Positions 41,621-56,774 of a stretch of 64,000 nt of DNA are shown here, piece after piece; the first letter of the stretch is position 1, and each line of letters starts with the position of its first letter. A model generated the notes under the pieces. It was not told the DNA's origin, did no database searches, and saw only the letters and a list, made by a program, of their open reading frames with translations. The DNA lies in assembly GCF_009914755.1 (NCBI RefSeq), contig NC_060927.1. One strand, given 5' to 3'. The stretch comes from the human T2T-CHM13v2.0 reference genome, Homo sapiens. The position numbers and the translations under genes are program-made.

Positions 41621-43789
41621 ATAGGAAACCAGGACTTGCTGGAGATCCACTTGGGAAAGAAGGATTATGGTTAGGGGAACTAACTAACTTGTCTGTAGGA
41701 GTTACCAGAGTCCAAAACCATGGTTAGTGATATCACAATAATTAAACATAATAAAAGACCTTTAAATAGCTGTTGGTCTTCTGGTTTAGACCCAAATAGG
41801 AATTTTTCCTAGTGAGGTTAATAAAGTTCTTCACAATTCTACACATAGTAGGTGCGCAGTAAGTATTTGTTGAATGAATGAATGGTTTCTCACCTACCTT
41901 ATAGGAGAAAGGCTACAACCACCAAGTTGGAATTTTAAAAATCAAGGGGAAATGGGTTTCTTGGAACAAGAACTAAGAGTTCAGGGCCAAATATTCTTTC
42001 AAAGTCTCATAAAGTAGAAGGTCCTTATTGATGAAACAATGACGAGGAATCTATATCTCCTAGACATTTTGCTGATGTGGTACACCTTTTAAATGGAGCT
42101 GAACAATTTACTAGATCATTATAAAAATTAGTCAGGTTTAGAAATACACTACTAAACCAACAGGCAAATAAAGCCTGTCTTATTTTCAGTGTCGTCATCT
42201 CTGAATTATTTTGCTTTTGACTTCTCAAAGGTTCATTACTTTGGGAAGACAGTGCTAATAATAATGCAAAAGGTCCTTTTCTGTCAATGAGTATAGGACA
42301 AGAAAGCAGGGAATCCAGTCGCGACTCCAGTTAGCTGACTGGGACCAAGGTCTAGGATCTAGCAATGTGGCGGTCAATGTGGGAGGACAGTATCAAGCAC
42401 AAGTTGCATGTTCTGGTATCCAAGTTAGGAACTAGTGTTCACAGAAGGCTCCATTCTTGGAGTGTGTGTATGGGAGAAGACAAAGAGGAGAGGCTAGGCA
42501 GGATTCAGTTCTATTATCAGAACCAACATGTACATAGTAGAAGGCTGAACGGAATTATTTATGAGACCACACAGCTTCCCAGAGCTTACTGTGGGCATAA
42601 TGGAATTTTACATAAAAAGTAAGACTCTAAGGAGCTAACTTAGAAGTTCAGCAATTGTAGCTGTGCCACTAGTCCTGATTCTGGCATTGACTTGCCAATA
42701 AAAAGACATTTAACTCTATCAATTTGCCTCTCTTCTTTCTAATACACATCCGTTGAAGTCTCCTGGGACTAAGTGATGGTATTAAATATTTAGAATGTGA
42801 AGCTGAAATTAACTAAGATGCATAGATTCCTCACCTCCAAAACCTCACACCAATATACCAGGTGAAGGATTAATTAATTAACTTAAATTTCAGTGAGGAC
42901 CTTTTATGAAAATATCAAAAGATTCAGCTGTGAAAACAATGAGGACAAGGTGCAGGAGCCAAAAAAATGGCTTTGGGGGTATGAGTTCTGACTCATTTTA
43001 TAGAAGATAGCAAAAACAAACAGATTCTGGTTCTAGGCTAAGGAAATGTTATCACAGTTATAAAGGCATGGGGCAGTGCAGGTTGAAGAAGTTTCCCGGT
43101 CATGGCAAATTCATTGACTTGTCTAGAACTGATTTGTTTCATGAAGGAATAATTGTACATAAAGTAAGAGAGAAAGGAAAAAGAAAAGCCGATGATGACA
43201 TTGGAAGGCCAAGTTAAGATAGAGAGTAACAGGGAGGCACTGTTGATTCTAGAACAAGGATTAGATACAAAGAAAAGAATATTTATGGAAGATTATTCTG
43301 GCAGGCGTGTGTGGGATGGATTGGCAGAGGGAGGGGAGATGATGGGGTAGAGATGTACTAGGAAGCTATTTCAGGAGCTGCTGCAAAGTTTTTGTCTAGG
43401 GTAAAGGTCCTTAGTTTCAAACCATAAAATGCTAGAACATGGAGGCTCTAATTTAGAAGACTAGAAAAGCAAAATAACCATGCTGGTTCTTACCTATCCT
43501 TTGAATTTCTTTATGCATAACAAGGGGATATTTATAGGAACCTAGATGTAACATGATCATTTTTAAGACAACTTACTTGGCAGCTTGAAAGAAAAAAATG
43601 ACATTTTGTTTGCTCATTCCCTCTTTCACTACCATTTAAGTATCAGACAAGATGATTGGAGATTGAGAAAATACTTAAGGGCAATATGTGTGTTGGGGAA
43701 TCTGTAAATTATAATTCTCTAATTCAGTCCCCAGTGGCCTAGGTGACCTGATTCAATGTTAAAATCTGAGCAAGAAAGTGGCAAAGTTG

Positions 43790-44148
<359 letters not shown>

Positions 44149-45307
44149 TCACCATTTAGAGAAAACGTACTATGAACTAGTAGCTGTGCCCTGTCTGCAT
44201 TTCATATACAATGTCTTGAACCTTCATAATAGCCCCATAAGCTAGGCACTGTATAGTTACCTACATTTTGTATAAGAAGAAACTGATTGTTAAGTAGTTC
44301 AAATGACTTGCTCAATATCTAAGCTTATACGAGACAGAGTTTAGATTTGAACCCAGGCTTGTTTGTGTCTGTAGCAATTCATCCGCACGCTGCCATTAAT
44401 TTGGAGAGAAAGAGGACACAGTATTTCAGAAACAGCTTCTGATAAGATTCTAATGCTACAGTGTATGATTACGATATTTGAAATCTGCCCTCCATGTCTG
44501 AGAGCACTACAGAGACTTTATACTGAAATACAGATGTCAATATTCAGTGAGTTTCAATGTGTTATTTAATACTGATAGAAATCTGAGATGAAATCTGTTT
44601 CATCGATATTTTGGTAAAATTACCAATATTTTTGGAGAAAGATAAAGGGGATGCTATCTTAAAGATGCCATTTTATCACAGCACTGCTCTAGCAAGCGGT
44701 CTATTACCTGTAGACTTGTTATAATAGACTTTTTGAAACCCTAGTGGAAATAAAAATTTATGAGGCACTGCTTTATTTTTTCAAACTGAAGTAATTCTGA
44801 CTTTGTGAACTTTTAAAGAAATCAGTTCTGCATAATTTATTCAACCCAATGTAGAACTTTAACATTTTATTTTTACGGTATACAAATGTGCAAATATCTT
44901 TAATTGTCTAAATAGCAAATCTAGCATTTGAGGTCTTTGCTTCACCGAGAGCACTTTCCACCCTGCCCCTCGGCTGGGCTTCCTGGTTTCTTCCATTCTT
45001 CCTCTTTGAAAAGTGCCTGGGTGTCTTCTGGGAAGCCTGTCCTCCCATTCCAGACCATATAAGGCCTTCTCACCCACTTCCCCACTCCTTTGCCCAACAT
45101 CTTGTTCAAGCTTCTAATGTATGAGCTAAACGGCATTACTATTATCTTTGTACTCGAGTAGAGCAAAGTGAGCCTTTGAGAGGTTTATTTGTCCTTGTTT
45201 GCATGGCTTGAGACAGAGAGAGCTGAGATTCTAACCCAGGTTGGTCAGACTCTGGGGCCAAGACCCTTAACCATTAAGAGAGAGGCCTTTACAGGACATA
45301 TACTCTA

Positions 45308-45956
45308 TAGCTATGTGTCAGCTAACAACAAGGAGATGTTCTGAGAAATGCATCCTTAGGCAATTTCGTTGTTGTAAGAGCATCATGGAGTGTACTTACA
45401 CAAACCTAGATGGTATAGCCTACTACACACCTAGGCTGTATGGTACAGCTTATGGCTCCTAGGCTACAAACCTGTACAACACGCTACTGTACTGAATACT
45501 GCAGGCAATTGTAATACAATGGTGAGTATTTGTGTATCTAAACATATAAAAGGTACAGTAAAAATACAGTATAAAATATAAAAAACTATATACCTGTATA
45601 GGGCATTTACAATGGATGAAGCTTACAGAACTGGAAGTTACTCTGGCTGAGTCAGTGAGTGAGTAGTGAGTGAATGTGAAGACCTAGAACTTTTACACTA
45701 TCACAGACTCTATAAACACTGTACAGTAAGGTTACGCTAAATTTTTTAGGGAGATTTTCTTTTTACAATAATAAATTAGCTTACAGTAACATTTTTATAA
45801 ACTTTAAATTTTTAAAAACTTTGATTTTTGTAATAACACAGCTTAAAAACACATTGTACAGCTGTGCAAAAATATCTTTTTTCTTTCTATTCTTATTCTA
45901 TAAGCTTTTGTTCATTTAAAAATTATTTATTTTTAAGCTTGTTTGTTAAAAACTAA

Positions 45957-45999
<43 letters not shown>

Positions 46000-46143
46000 T
46001 CTTTAGCCTAGGCTGACATAGGCTCAAGATCATCATCATGTTACAGTAAGCAATAGGAATTGTTCAGTTCCATTATAATTTTATGGGACTATCATATATA
46101 TAGTCGTTTGTTGACTGAAATGTAGTTATGCAGCACATGACTA
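45308..46143. mobile_element. Tigger3 (Golem)-derived non-autonomous DNA transposon
   Basis: TTCTGAGAAATGCATCCTTAGGCAATTTCG..CACAAACCTAGATGGTATAGCCTACTACACACCTAGGC..GTTATGCAGCACATGACT; flanked by TA. Confidence 0.88.
45959..45998. repeat. (CA)20 microsatellite
   Basis: Perfect CA run inside Tigger3. Confidence 0.97.
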
Positions 46144-46285
46144 TATATATTTATTTGCATCCTCGGGACTTAGCAAAATGCTGGACATGCTAGAGATGCT
46201 GAATATTTACTCATTGAAGAAATGAATAAATGCTTTTGATTGAAAGGAGGCTTCGGCTTTAGCCTGTACAATAGTTACTCCTTAC

Positions 46286-46352
46286 CCACGTAGACTGTTA
46301 AATGATCAGTGCGTGGAAAGGCAGTAATAATTGAGTATCTCTCATATACCAC
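46286..46352 (-). other. Candidate exon D (67 nt)
   Basis: Acceptor CTTTTTGCTTTTATTTTCCTCCAAAAG|, donor TGG|GTAAGG. Confidence 0.4.
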
Positions 46353-46404
46353 CTTTTGGAGGAAAATAAAAGCAAAAAGATAGTCTGTCACCTTAAGAGT
46401 CTTT

Positions 46405-46565
46405 TTTTGTTTGTTTGTTTCTTTTTCTTTTCTTTTCTTTTTTTTTTTTAGAGACAGGGTATTATTCTGTTGCCCCGGCTGGAGTGCAGTGGTACAGTCA
46501 TAGCTCACTGCAGTGCAGCCTCAAATTTCTGGGCTCAAGAGATCCTTCTGCCTCAGCCTCCCAAT
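46405..46565 (-). mobile_element. Alu monomer fragment (FLAM/AluJ-like)
   Basis: T-rich tail, AGAGACAGGG..GGCTGGAGTGCAGTGG..GGGCTCAAGAGATCCTTCTGCCTCAGCCTCCC. Confidence 0.85.
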
Positions 46566-46947
46566 TAAAGAGACTTACCTCATCCTCAAAATGTTTTTCT
46601 GGTTTATCTCTGCTATTCTGTTCCCATTGTTCACTACTTCATACCCCAACAATAGTAGCAGCTATTTAATGGGTTTACTTTGCTGTTACTTCTGTTGCCA
46701 AGGGCCAGGCCCATCTCTCCCAAATATCATACAGAAGACCCTTAACTCGAAGCTTTCAGTAGCTTCCTATTTCCTACACATTTAATCCAAAAAACCCATC
46801 TGTCTCCATAGATCTCTCTAATCTGGTCTTATTTCTCATTATTCCCCAGTATGCATTCTTCAGTTTCCTCAGTGTCAAAAAGTATGCTATGCTTATAACC
46901 CTTCTCAATTTCATCATGTAGTTCTCTTATAATTTTCAGGGTGATGC

Positions 46948-47268
46948 AGGGTTTGGCAAATGGTAGCTTTCCATATTTTTATACTGCCTGTGAGCTAAGA
47001 ATGATTTTCAAATTTCAAATGATTAAAAAAACAAAAGTAGAATAATATCCCATGACACGTGAAAATGATACAAAATTTAAAATTCAATGTGTATTAATAA
47101 AGTTTTGTTGAGACACATAAGTATGTGAACCAATTTGTTCACACATTGTCTACGGTTGCTGTCACTCTATAACAATAGAGACGTGTAGTTACAACAGAGA
47201 TCACATGACCCAGGAATCCTAAAACATTTCCCATCTGGCACTTCACAGGAAAAGTTTGCAATTTTTGG
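46948..47268. mobile_element. MER58B-like hAT-Charlie element
   Basis: CAGGGTTTGGCAAA..GAGCTAAGAATG..TAATAAAGTTTTGTTG..TCACAGGAAAAGTTTGC. Confidence 0.75.
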
Positions 47269-50200
47269 TGTAATGGAGTAAAATAATGATACTAAATTGG
47301 AGTGCCTACTCTGCATGAGACATGTGCACTGTCCATGTATTATTTCATTTATACTTCCCATCTGGGGAGAGGTAGGTATCAGTTTCTTCAAATTATAGGT
47401 GAAGAAATTGGAGCTAAATGACTAAACTAATATGTCTCAGAATCAGAAGCATAACTGAAAACTTTCAGGCTCCACAGCTCATCCGTGGTTTTCTACAACA
47501 AACTCTTTCACTATATACTTGAGAACAAATGAATATATTGACGAGCATGAAAACACACAGTACACATTGAATACATAAGTGATGTGGATGTCAAATAATG
47601 AAGTAGCCCTAGAGAAATCCAGCTAATACAGGAAGAGTTAATTGCATCAATAGAGATTCTTGGTCTTTCTCTCCTCAGTTCCTAATTTAACCTGCACAGT
47701 CCCTTCTTTTTAAAACATTAAACAATTGAAGATCCTTTCAGGTGAAACTTCAAAATTCCTTTTTATCACTTTTGTCTTTTATCCATTGATCAAATTGTTC
47801 TTTAAAAGAATAGATTTTTTTTTCAAAGTACAATGTTGTTCCTTGAATCCCATATGACAATTTTAAAATCAGTGCTTCAAACCACAGTCTATTTGAGCTA
47901 CCTAGGTTTATTGTCTTTCATTTTCCAGAATATATGAATGGATTAAAGAAAAAGACACAAAGAAAAAAGTTCAATTTTCCCCAAAAGTATCTATATGTTG
48001 ACTCTCCCAGTCAAAACTAAGGAGATTCTACAGGAATTAAGAAAGTAAACAGAAAAAATCCAGCCATGATAATATAGAGAAACCTGTGTGATAATTTGTT
48101 TTAGAGTTTCATTTTGTTTTGTTTTTTTTGACCCAGATGAAATGAAGCATTTTGACTTCTGGTTAGTTCTGGCTCAAGTTTAGAAATAATTCACAGTGCA
48201 GCTTTCTAAGCTTAATCTTTGTAAAGGTAACTGACCCTTAAAAGAATATTTTTATATAGCTGTCTTCTGGACTTGCCTCTAATAAATAAAAGCCAACATT
48301 TATTGACTGTTGCCATATTTTATGCTCTTCACATATATTAATTTGTTTAATCCTCACAATGGTCCTATGTGGTGGGTAATATTAATATAAACACCATTTC
48401 ATAGATGAATAAATAAAGGCACAGGTAGGTTGGGGGGAGTTGTCCACTGTCATTCAGTTAGTGATAGAGCCAGGTTTGAACAAAGGTAACTTGGATTATG
48501 CATTCCTCCCTCCATGATGGACAGGCTCTGGCCTGCTTGTTGATACCTCATAATCATTGAATTAACTATTAAATAGTAAATGTAACTTTTAATCAACTAC
48601 TTTAATTGTGTAGTTTGGTAACTACCTCCCCAACAGGAACCTGTTCATTTTGGGTTTTGGTATCTTTTTAAAAGGGGCAATATCATGAAGATGGCACCCT
48701 CCCCCAAAAGTCTTTTGATAAAAGCATTTAATTTGGAAGCTCTGTGAATAAACAAGAAAAAAATGACAGCCAAAATTTCTTTGTGAAAACTTCGAATCTT
48801 ATTTAGCACTGTCTTATGATTTCAGAATTTATATTAAGATACTGAAAACATCTTTCTATAACTTGTCTGGAAAGTAATTTGCCAACCTTAATGAAGAAAG
48901 ATGATCGATATAACAGCAGATTATCATGTTTTAACTATGGTGACACACACTAAAAAAATCAATATGGAGTCATTAATCTAGTGAGAATTGAGACCCAGAG
49001 GCTAAAAATTATCCAGATTGCAATACAGTTTTTGTAATGACATTCTTATTACAGATCTATTTGTGCAGTTTTGAAATAATCAGTCTGAAGGACATACCAT
49101 ATTACATTAAGATGAAAAACAAGACAAAAGGTTCAAACTCACTCAAAAGGCATTTGCTTAAAATAAAAGAAATAGCTTCAATTTCCTCATTGTCATAGTC
49201 TCATTTATTTTGCTAGTTCAGTGGGACCAAATATCCTCATATACTGTAGAGCAGAAATATGTGTTTTTTTTCATATTTTCTATTCTACCTTGTTCCAGAA
49301 GCAATTTATGGTATCAAGTAAACTATGGAAAAGCAGCATTGTCTTGGACTTTGTTCTAGGATTAGGCACTAATTTATTTTTAAAAAGTCAAGAAAAGGTA
49401 CAATGACCTCTAAACCAATTATTTAGTCCCTAAGCTTCATACAGAACGATGGTGGAGATTCAGGGAAACTTTACAGTTGTAACATAAGATTTCCAATTCT
49501 TGCTATTTTCAGAGTTCAGCTCTCATCAGTGTGAGCAGTGCCAAGTAGCAGGACGATTGGATTTTCCAGAAAACGGCAACCTCTAAACTAACTTCAGATT
49601 GGAGGCTCCCCTGCTGTATGCCAATGATATAGGATCACTGATTTAATCAGGTGAACACAGAAATTATTTTCTTATTTCCTTCACTTATTTAAGTAAATTT
49701 CTTTACTACATGTCTGAGTAAACCAATGAATATCTTAAGAGCTTATTTTCTTAAGGTGGCACTTTAAACTCAACAAATCTTAAAAGATGCATTTTCTTTA
49801 ATAAAAACAGAGTAATGGATGCTAAACTATTTCAAATTGTTCTTGGCTGCTGAAGTTTGTGCTAATGCCACATTACATACCATATTCACTATAATACTAG
49901 ATTTTGTTGTAATTGCTATATGAAAAAATGTGATCAATAACATGAAAGTAAATCATAAATTTGGAAAGTAGTAGAAGTATAGTCAAATGCATTATCACTA
50001 CCTATGTATTGCTCTTTCATTTTGTTCTTGATGGGGCTGGATTCAAGGACACATAGAGCATTTATTCTATCCTGAGTAACCTGAATAATAACGTAACAAG
50101 GGAAATCTTATTTCAATATCACAGTTTTCCAGATTAATTGAAACTGATACCATAAAGCAATGTTATCCTCAGATTTTGCTTCCCATTACAGTGGCATAGT

Positions 50201-51334
50201 TTCTATGAGATGACAGAGAAAAATGATAAGCCATGAACAAAATTACCTGAAGGCACCAAAGAGCAACAAAAAAATGGGCAGACACTGGGGAGGGTGGGCT
50301 TGCAGAAAGTGGATATATTCTTGGGAGGAGGTAATGGCCTAGTCATAGTGAGGATCCTGTTTTCCCATCCTCATAAACCAGCTTGTCCTAATTTTTCTGG
50401 TCCTAACTTGTATGGAGCATGACCTCTTTCCTCTCACAAAAGTCTCTATTATCTTTTAATTAAACATCTAAATATCCATTTTTTCTCTATAGTTTCCCCA
50501 CATTTATGGCTGGAGAAAGGAGGTTGTTCTCTTCCAGGTGAGCTCCTAGATGAATTTATACACCTCTTCTTTCCCGGCATCCTATTTATTTCCTTTATAC
50601 CAACTGGCAAAAAATTTAAGGACACGAGTGTCTATTCATTTTACTTGTTCAGTGAATGGGCACCTATCATCTAATAGGTGCCCAATGATAATAAAATGAA
50701 ATTAAAACAAACATTTCCAGTGCAGGAAGCTAACATTCAGTGGGTATCATAAGCCAGACACTCTTCCAAGTTTTGCACAGGTATTAACCTATTTAATCCT
50801 CACCTTCAAAAGTATATCTTATAGGTGATGAAACTAAGGCACAGAGATACTAAGCAATTTGCTCAAAGTCATACAAACTGGTAAGCAGAGCTGGGATGTT
50901 TATCAAGAACTGAAGAAATGAAGAATATGTCTGCTCCTGGGTCTCTGTGTAACTCAGAACTGCTGTTCTGATGACTTCTGCCCACAGTGCCTCTAAAGCT
51001 TACTTTGTATGCCTTTATACTACCTTTGTCTGTCTCTGGCCTTTCCACACCTCTCCATTGGGACCATCTCTTATTTTCTTCCATGACTTCCCTATTCTCA
51101 GAAAACCTTTTCTGGTTAGCCTCAAGGTGCCTCACCATTTACCAATTCCATTCTGACTATGGTCCTCATGGTCGCTTCCCAATACCAAATAGAATCAATA
51201 AAATATTATATTGCCAAAGATTATTAAGGTCACTTTAAATAATGAAATATAAGCCATGATCAACATTACAAGATATTATCAGAGTTACATCCTAGTTATA
51301 AGATGGTTGCCAACATGCGAATTTCCAGACTTAC

Positions 51335-51428
51335 CTTGAATGTTCCTTCAATTTCCACATTTGATTTAATTCTATCTGAATTATATTCTGTATTGATCTT
51401 CTTAGTATACATTCCTGAAGTATATCTT
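51335..51428 (-). other. Candidate exon C (94 nt)
   Basis: Acceptor CCTCTTTTATTCAG|, consensus donor AAG|GTAAGT, purine-rich (GAA) body. Confidence 0.5.
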
Positions 51429-53650
51429 CTGAATAAAAGAGGAATCTGAGGCATGGAAATGTTCCAAGCAGCAAAATATCTGGTTAGTTGGCAAGAATTT
51501 ACTACTATGTTAAAGAGTTACATAACTTATCTTTATAGCTTATTGTTTGACATAGTCTTGGTTTCTTATTCATGATACTGAGTGAAATATACTGTGTCAA
51601 TTGCCCCTAGTATTCAATTTTATATTTAATCATCTTATAATATCAAAGAGTTCACATGTATTGTCAAATAAGGTTTGCTTCACTTGCTATAGTTTTGTGA
51701 TAATGTCAGAACTTTAACTCTCAGTATGTCTTCATCAAAATCTTCAGTTATGTCAAAAATATTACTTTGCTTTAATTATAAGTCAGTTTCATCAGTGGTG
51801 GTATAAAGAACTAAAACACAGCTGGTGTTCTTTCAACAAACATTAAGTTCTACAAATATTATATTGAGTGGCTACTATTTATAAGACTGTGCTAGGCTCT
51901 TCCAGAGAGAGTTGCATAGGTTATGGGTCTGCTTTAAGCAACTTACCGTTCAGTAATGGAGTCAAATATGTTCTTAAACAATTAATCGAATACATTATAA
52001 AAGTTGTTACCTTGCTTTATTGCCACAAAATGGATATAAGCCAAATATAGTGAATTACTTGCAATGCCCCCAAACAGAAGTTGTTAATTCATTGTTGGTG
52101 ACCCTTGGGACAACTGGTTAATTCCATTCCTCTAAAGGGAGATACTCCAAGTGCACTCCACTGATCTGGGTATGTCTGTGAAGGGTGTGTTATTAGTCCT
52201 CAGTGAGATAGAGACAGAGATTGGAAGTAAGCAATTCAAAATTTTGATAAAAATTTGATCATGTAATCTTATGTCTTTGAATATAATAATATGTTTTATA
52301 TTTTTATTATTAATTTTATTGACAGTAATAATGAATTATGGATATCCATATAATCTACATTGATCAACTCTGGAAAACCCTGAAAATTAAGCCAAATATC
52401 CCCTTAGCTGTTATCACAATATTGATCAATTAGCCAGAATTCCAGCATTCAGTTACTCAAACTATAAAAATTAGAATGTTAGAGATACCTTCTCATGTTG
52501 ACATTTTATTCTCTTTGCAACTTGGGAAATAAAATTAATTTGTATTTCCTGAAAAACTATTCAATTTATTCACTATTTTCTTACTTCCTTGAAATTTAAT
52601 GTATTCTTGTGTTCATTTTTAAAAGTGTATTCTTTTATTGATTTTATTCTATAGATTTTACTAGCTTTCTTGGGGTATAATTCAGATATAATAATATGTA
52701 CACTTATTTTAGGTATATAGTTTGATGAATTTTGGTAGCTAGATACAGTCATGTAGCCTCTACTGCAATCAAGACTCATGAAAAGTTAGAATGATCCCCA
52801 AAACAACCATTTAGTTTCTGAGTTTTGTACAGGGGTATTTTGAAGATTTTCCCACCAGTGTCCTCACTGTGGGAAGAGTCACTACCACTGTGTGCTTGAA
52901 TTAACTATACTTAGCTTAAGAGTAAAAGCCACAAAAATTAGGAACTTACTGCAGAGGTAGTTTGCTCTTTCCCTCTTCTGACTACATACTCCCTACCAGA
53001 ATCTATCTGCTTCTGTTCACTCTTCAATCCTCCAGGTTTTATAGTTGTTTTCTGTGGTGGGAGCCCTCTGGCAGGGTCATAGTCTGTCATCTCCTGGGGC
53101 TTATGTTTAATATGTGCTTTGAAATTTCATTTTTTCTAGTGATTAATTTTATTCCTTTTTTGCAAAAGTATTGACTATGATGATTAGAATTTTTTAAATC
53201 TAGTTTTCTCCACAAATAGCTTGAGTAGCATAGCTCTAAACTAGAGATTTTTAAACCTTGTTGTACATTAGACTCGCTTGAGGAACTTGGTAAAAAGAGA
53301 TACACCTAAGCCCCATCTTACTTCATGGAGCCTGGGCCTCTGTATTTTTTATTGTTGCACTAGGTAATTCTAATTCACACCAAATGTTGAGAACCAATTG
53401 CTAGACTAATCTCTACACAATTTCAAAATTCCGGTTTCACCTCTTCTAGGAAGCCATCCTGATGTCCCACTCAGCAAAGCCTTCAGAGCCAACAGAGTTG
53501 ACACACCAAGCTTTCTAAGACCTATTTACAGGACGAAAAAAATACTTAACACATGATAACTGTTAGTCCATTACTAAACTTCATCTTTTCACCCACAGAT
53601 TGACATTTGAGTAGTGAAATGAGGGAGGAGCACGTTTTGATGGTACTCAC

Positions 53651-53686
53651 CAGCAGGAATATAAAAGTCCTTTTGCAACCAGCCAG
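53651..53686 (-). other. Candidate exon B (36 nt)
   Basis: Acceptor GTTTTCTGCCCATTTAG|, donor CTG|GTGAGT. Confidence 0.45.
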
Positions 53687-53939
53687 CTAAATGGGCAGAA
53701 AACAATGTAATATGTACATTAAGTACATATTTGACTCCCACTGGTAAAGTATAAATATTTCCACAAGGTACTAATATTCTCTCAAACACAACTTCCCCAT
53801 TTTTCTTAAATTCGCCCTTCATGCAGGGAAAAAAAAAATCTCAGGGCTTGTAAGATTTCAGCAACAAGCCTTGATTTTCTCAGTAGAATGTGGATCCCTC
53901 CCTCTCTTCCACAAATATGCATGCCCGTCACCTACTTAA

Positions 53940-54113
53940 CAGTGGTTCTCAAAGCGTGGGCTCCAAACTAGCAGCCTCAGCATCACCTGGGAACTTCAGG
54001 GAAATGCAGAATCTTGGTCATCATCCTCGACCTGTTGCATCAGAAACTCTAGAAGGGAGGTGTATAGATCCCTCTAGGTGATTCTGATGCATGCCCAAGT
54101 TTGAGAATGACTC
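53940..54113. mobile_element. MER5A hAT-Charlie MITE (a more degraded MER5-like copy lies at about 53243-53400)
   Basis: CAGTGGTTCTCAAAG..CAGCATCACCTGGGAACTT..AATGCAGAATC..CTAGGTGATTCTGATGC..AAGTTTGAGAA. Confidence 0.85.
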
Positions 54114-54715
54114 CCAGAAGATAGCCCATACTAGCTCATGGAGATCATCCACCTTGTTGGTGGACTTCAAGAGACCCAAGAATGGAGGTGAATATTATCA
54201 GAACTACATACATGGAGTTCCTTATCAATGCTCCCCACTCCTGTCTTCTCCCCTTTGTAGTTTTCTTCACCTACGTGGCCAGCATTCCCACCACAGTCAC
54301 CCATTTTGACAACAAAAAGGTAATCTGTCTTCTGGAAATGTTAACACTTTAAAGAGAATGGCTGACAGAGAGCAAGCTTATTTAAAAAATAACTTCCTAA
54401 TGCTGGGACTTGGAGCATCTGTGATATATCTCTATATTCCATAATAGAGAAGACAAACTCTTCAATTCATTTTTGAGCCTGGCCCTGGTCTAGAGTCCTG
54501 AGAATTTCTTGCCCCTCAACCATCTTAATGTCAGCGGAGAAGCTTCTAATCCATCTACCTTTTTTACCTCCCTTTCTTCCTTTAATCATTTATTACGAAA
54601 TAACTGCAAAGCAAGATTAAAAAATAAGATGGATAGATTTTGCTGTCTTACTTCATGTTCTACGTTTAAATTAATAAAACTTCTTCCCTATCTTCTATTT
54701 GAAACAAACATAACT

Positions 54716-54968
<253 letters not shown>

Positions 54969-55912
54969 TAACCTGAATATTTACTCAGAAATTCTCAATG
55001 CTTCTTAAGTATAGTCATAAGCTGAGCTTTCATTTCCAAAGCCAATTAACATTATACAAAATTGTTTATATAAGCAATCGAGGCATAAAACACAATAATA
55101 TAGTTTGCAAATGATAAAAAAGGGAAAATTATATCTCTCAATGTCCGTGCTGCCTTTTCATGGAAAAATGATTGAAAGGACCCAGCTCAGCATTCAGGCC
55201 ATTGATCCATGTAAAAGCTGAATCATAATTTAATTATTTTCTTTCCTAGTAATTAACTGGGAATTTCTAATTATTCAATTTGAGGATGTTTTGATTCATT
55301 AAGCACCCTGTTCATTTTTTTTTCCCACCAGTGTATTAAATCTTAAGAGCAAGCACATAGAGAAACTGACATGCTGAGACCAATAAGTAGTTCTGGTGGC
55401 AGTGCTTACATGAGAGATGATGGGAATATTTTTGATCAAAATTACTTAATAATTATCCAATCCACTGATAAATTAGCAGGGTGTTAATTGAGTTACACCT
55501 GAAAGGCAGACATGCATGACTCAGAAGAGAGTAGGAGTGGTTTCCATGAAAACCACAGAGTGAAAAGAAAATAGCAAATGCTGATGACGGCTGAAAAGTG
55601 CATTGAAAATGCCATGGTAGCAAGTGCTGGAGCTTATGCTTATTTTGGTGGAAAACGGCAAAAATTTCGGTTTGTAACAAATATAAACGTGTGCTATACA
55701 ACTCAGCACTGTGAAAAATGTTCTTTAAGCTTTTGAATTGTAAGAATTAGTGTGTGCATTCATTGTAAAGTGTCCAGCAGTCTCCCTCCAGCCAGCTGAA
55801 TATCTCAAATTCCCCATTCTCTAGTAAGTGTGTATATATATGTCTGAAATGGTAATACAAAAATACACATTTTAGCAAAATAATATTTTATCCTCGGATT
55901 TTTGTTGTTCTA

Positions 55913-56245
<333 letters not shown>

Positions 56246-56479
56246 CAACACCCTTATTTTTCTGCCATCTTTAAAAAAAAAAAAGTTGCATACATATAGA
56301 ATGTTCCTTTATTTTTTCCAGAAGTCTTCGGTCCTGAATATGTAAATATTACCTCCAAATAAAAATGTTGCTTGCATATAAGGAGGTTTACAATTTTGAT
56401 TGTTGTATTTAGGTCATGAAATTCTATTAGCTGTATGGTACTCAAAACATTTTCAAGTTCTAACTGTATCCTTGCATTT

Positions 56480-56772
56480 TTTAGCAAGCTGAGCAGCAGT
56501 GTGAAGCAGTAAGAGTAGCACATGTGGCCTCTGTCACAACTACTCAATTCAATTGCTCAAAAGCAGCCACAGACAATATGTAAACAAAGAAACATGGCTG
56601 TGTTTCAACAAAACTTTATTAACACTGGAATCAAAATTTCATATAATTCTTGTGTGTCACAAAATATTATCCTTCTGATTTTTTTTTAGCTTTTTAAAAT
56701 GCAGAAGCCATTCTCAGCTGGTGGGTCATACAAACCCAGGCTGAACCCAGGCTATGGTTTGCTGATCTCTGG
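56480..56772. mobile_element. MER58B-like element (opposite orientation to the 46.9k copy)
   Basis: CTCTGTCACAACTACTCAA..AAAAGCAGCCACAGACAATATGTAAAC..GGCTGTGTTTCAACAAAACTTTATT..TTTGCTGATCTCTG. Confidence 0.8.
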
Positions 56773-56774
56773 GA

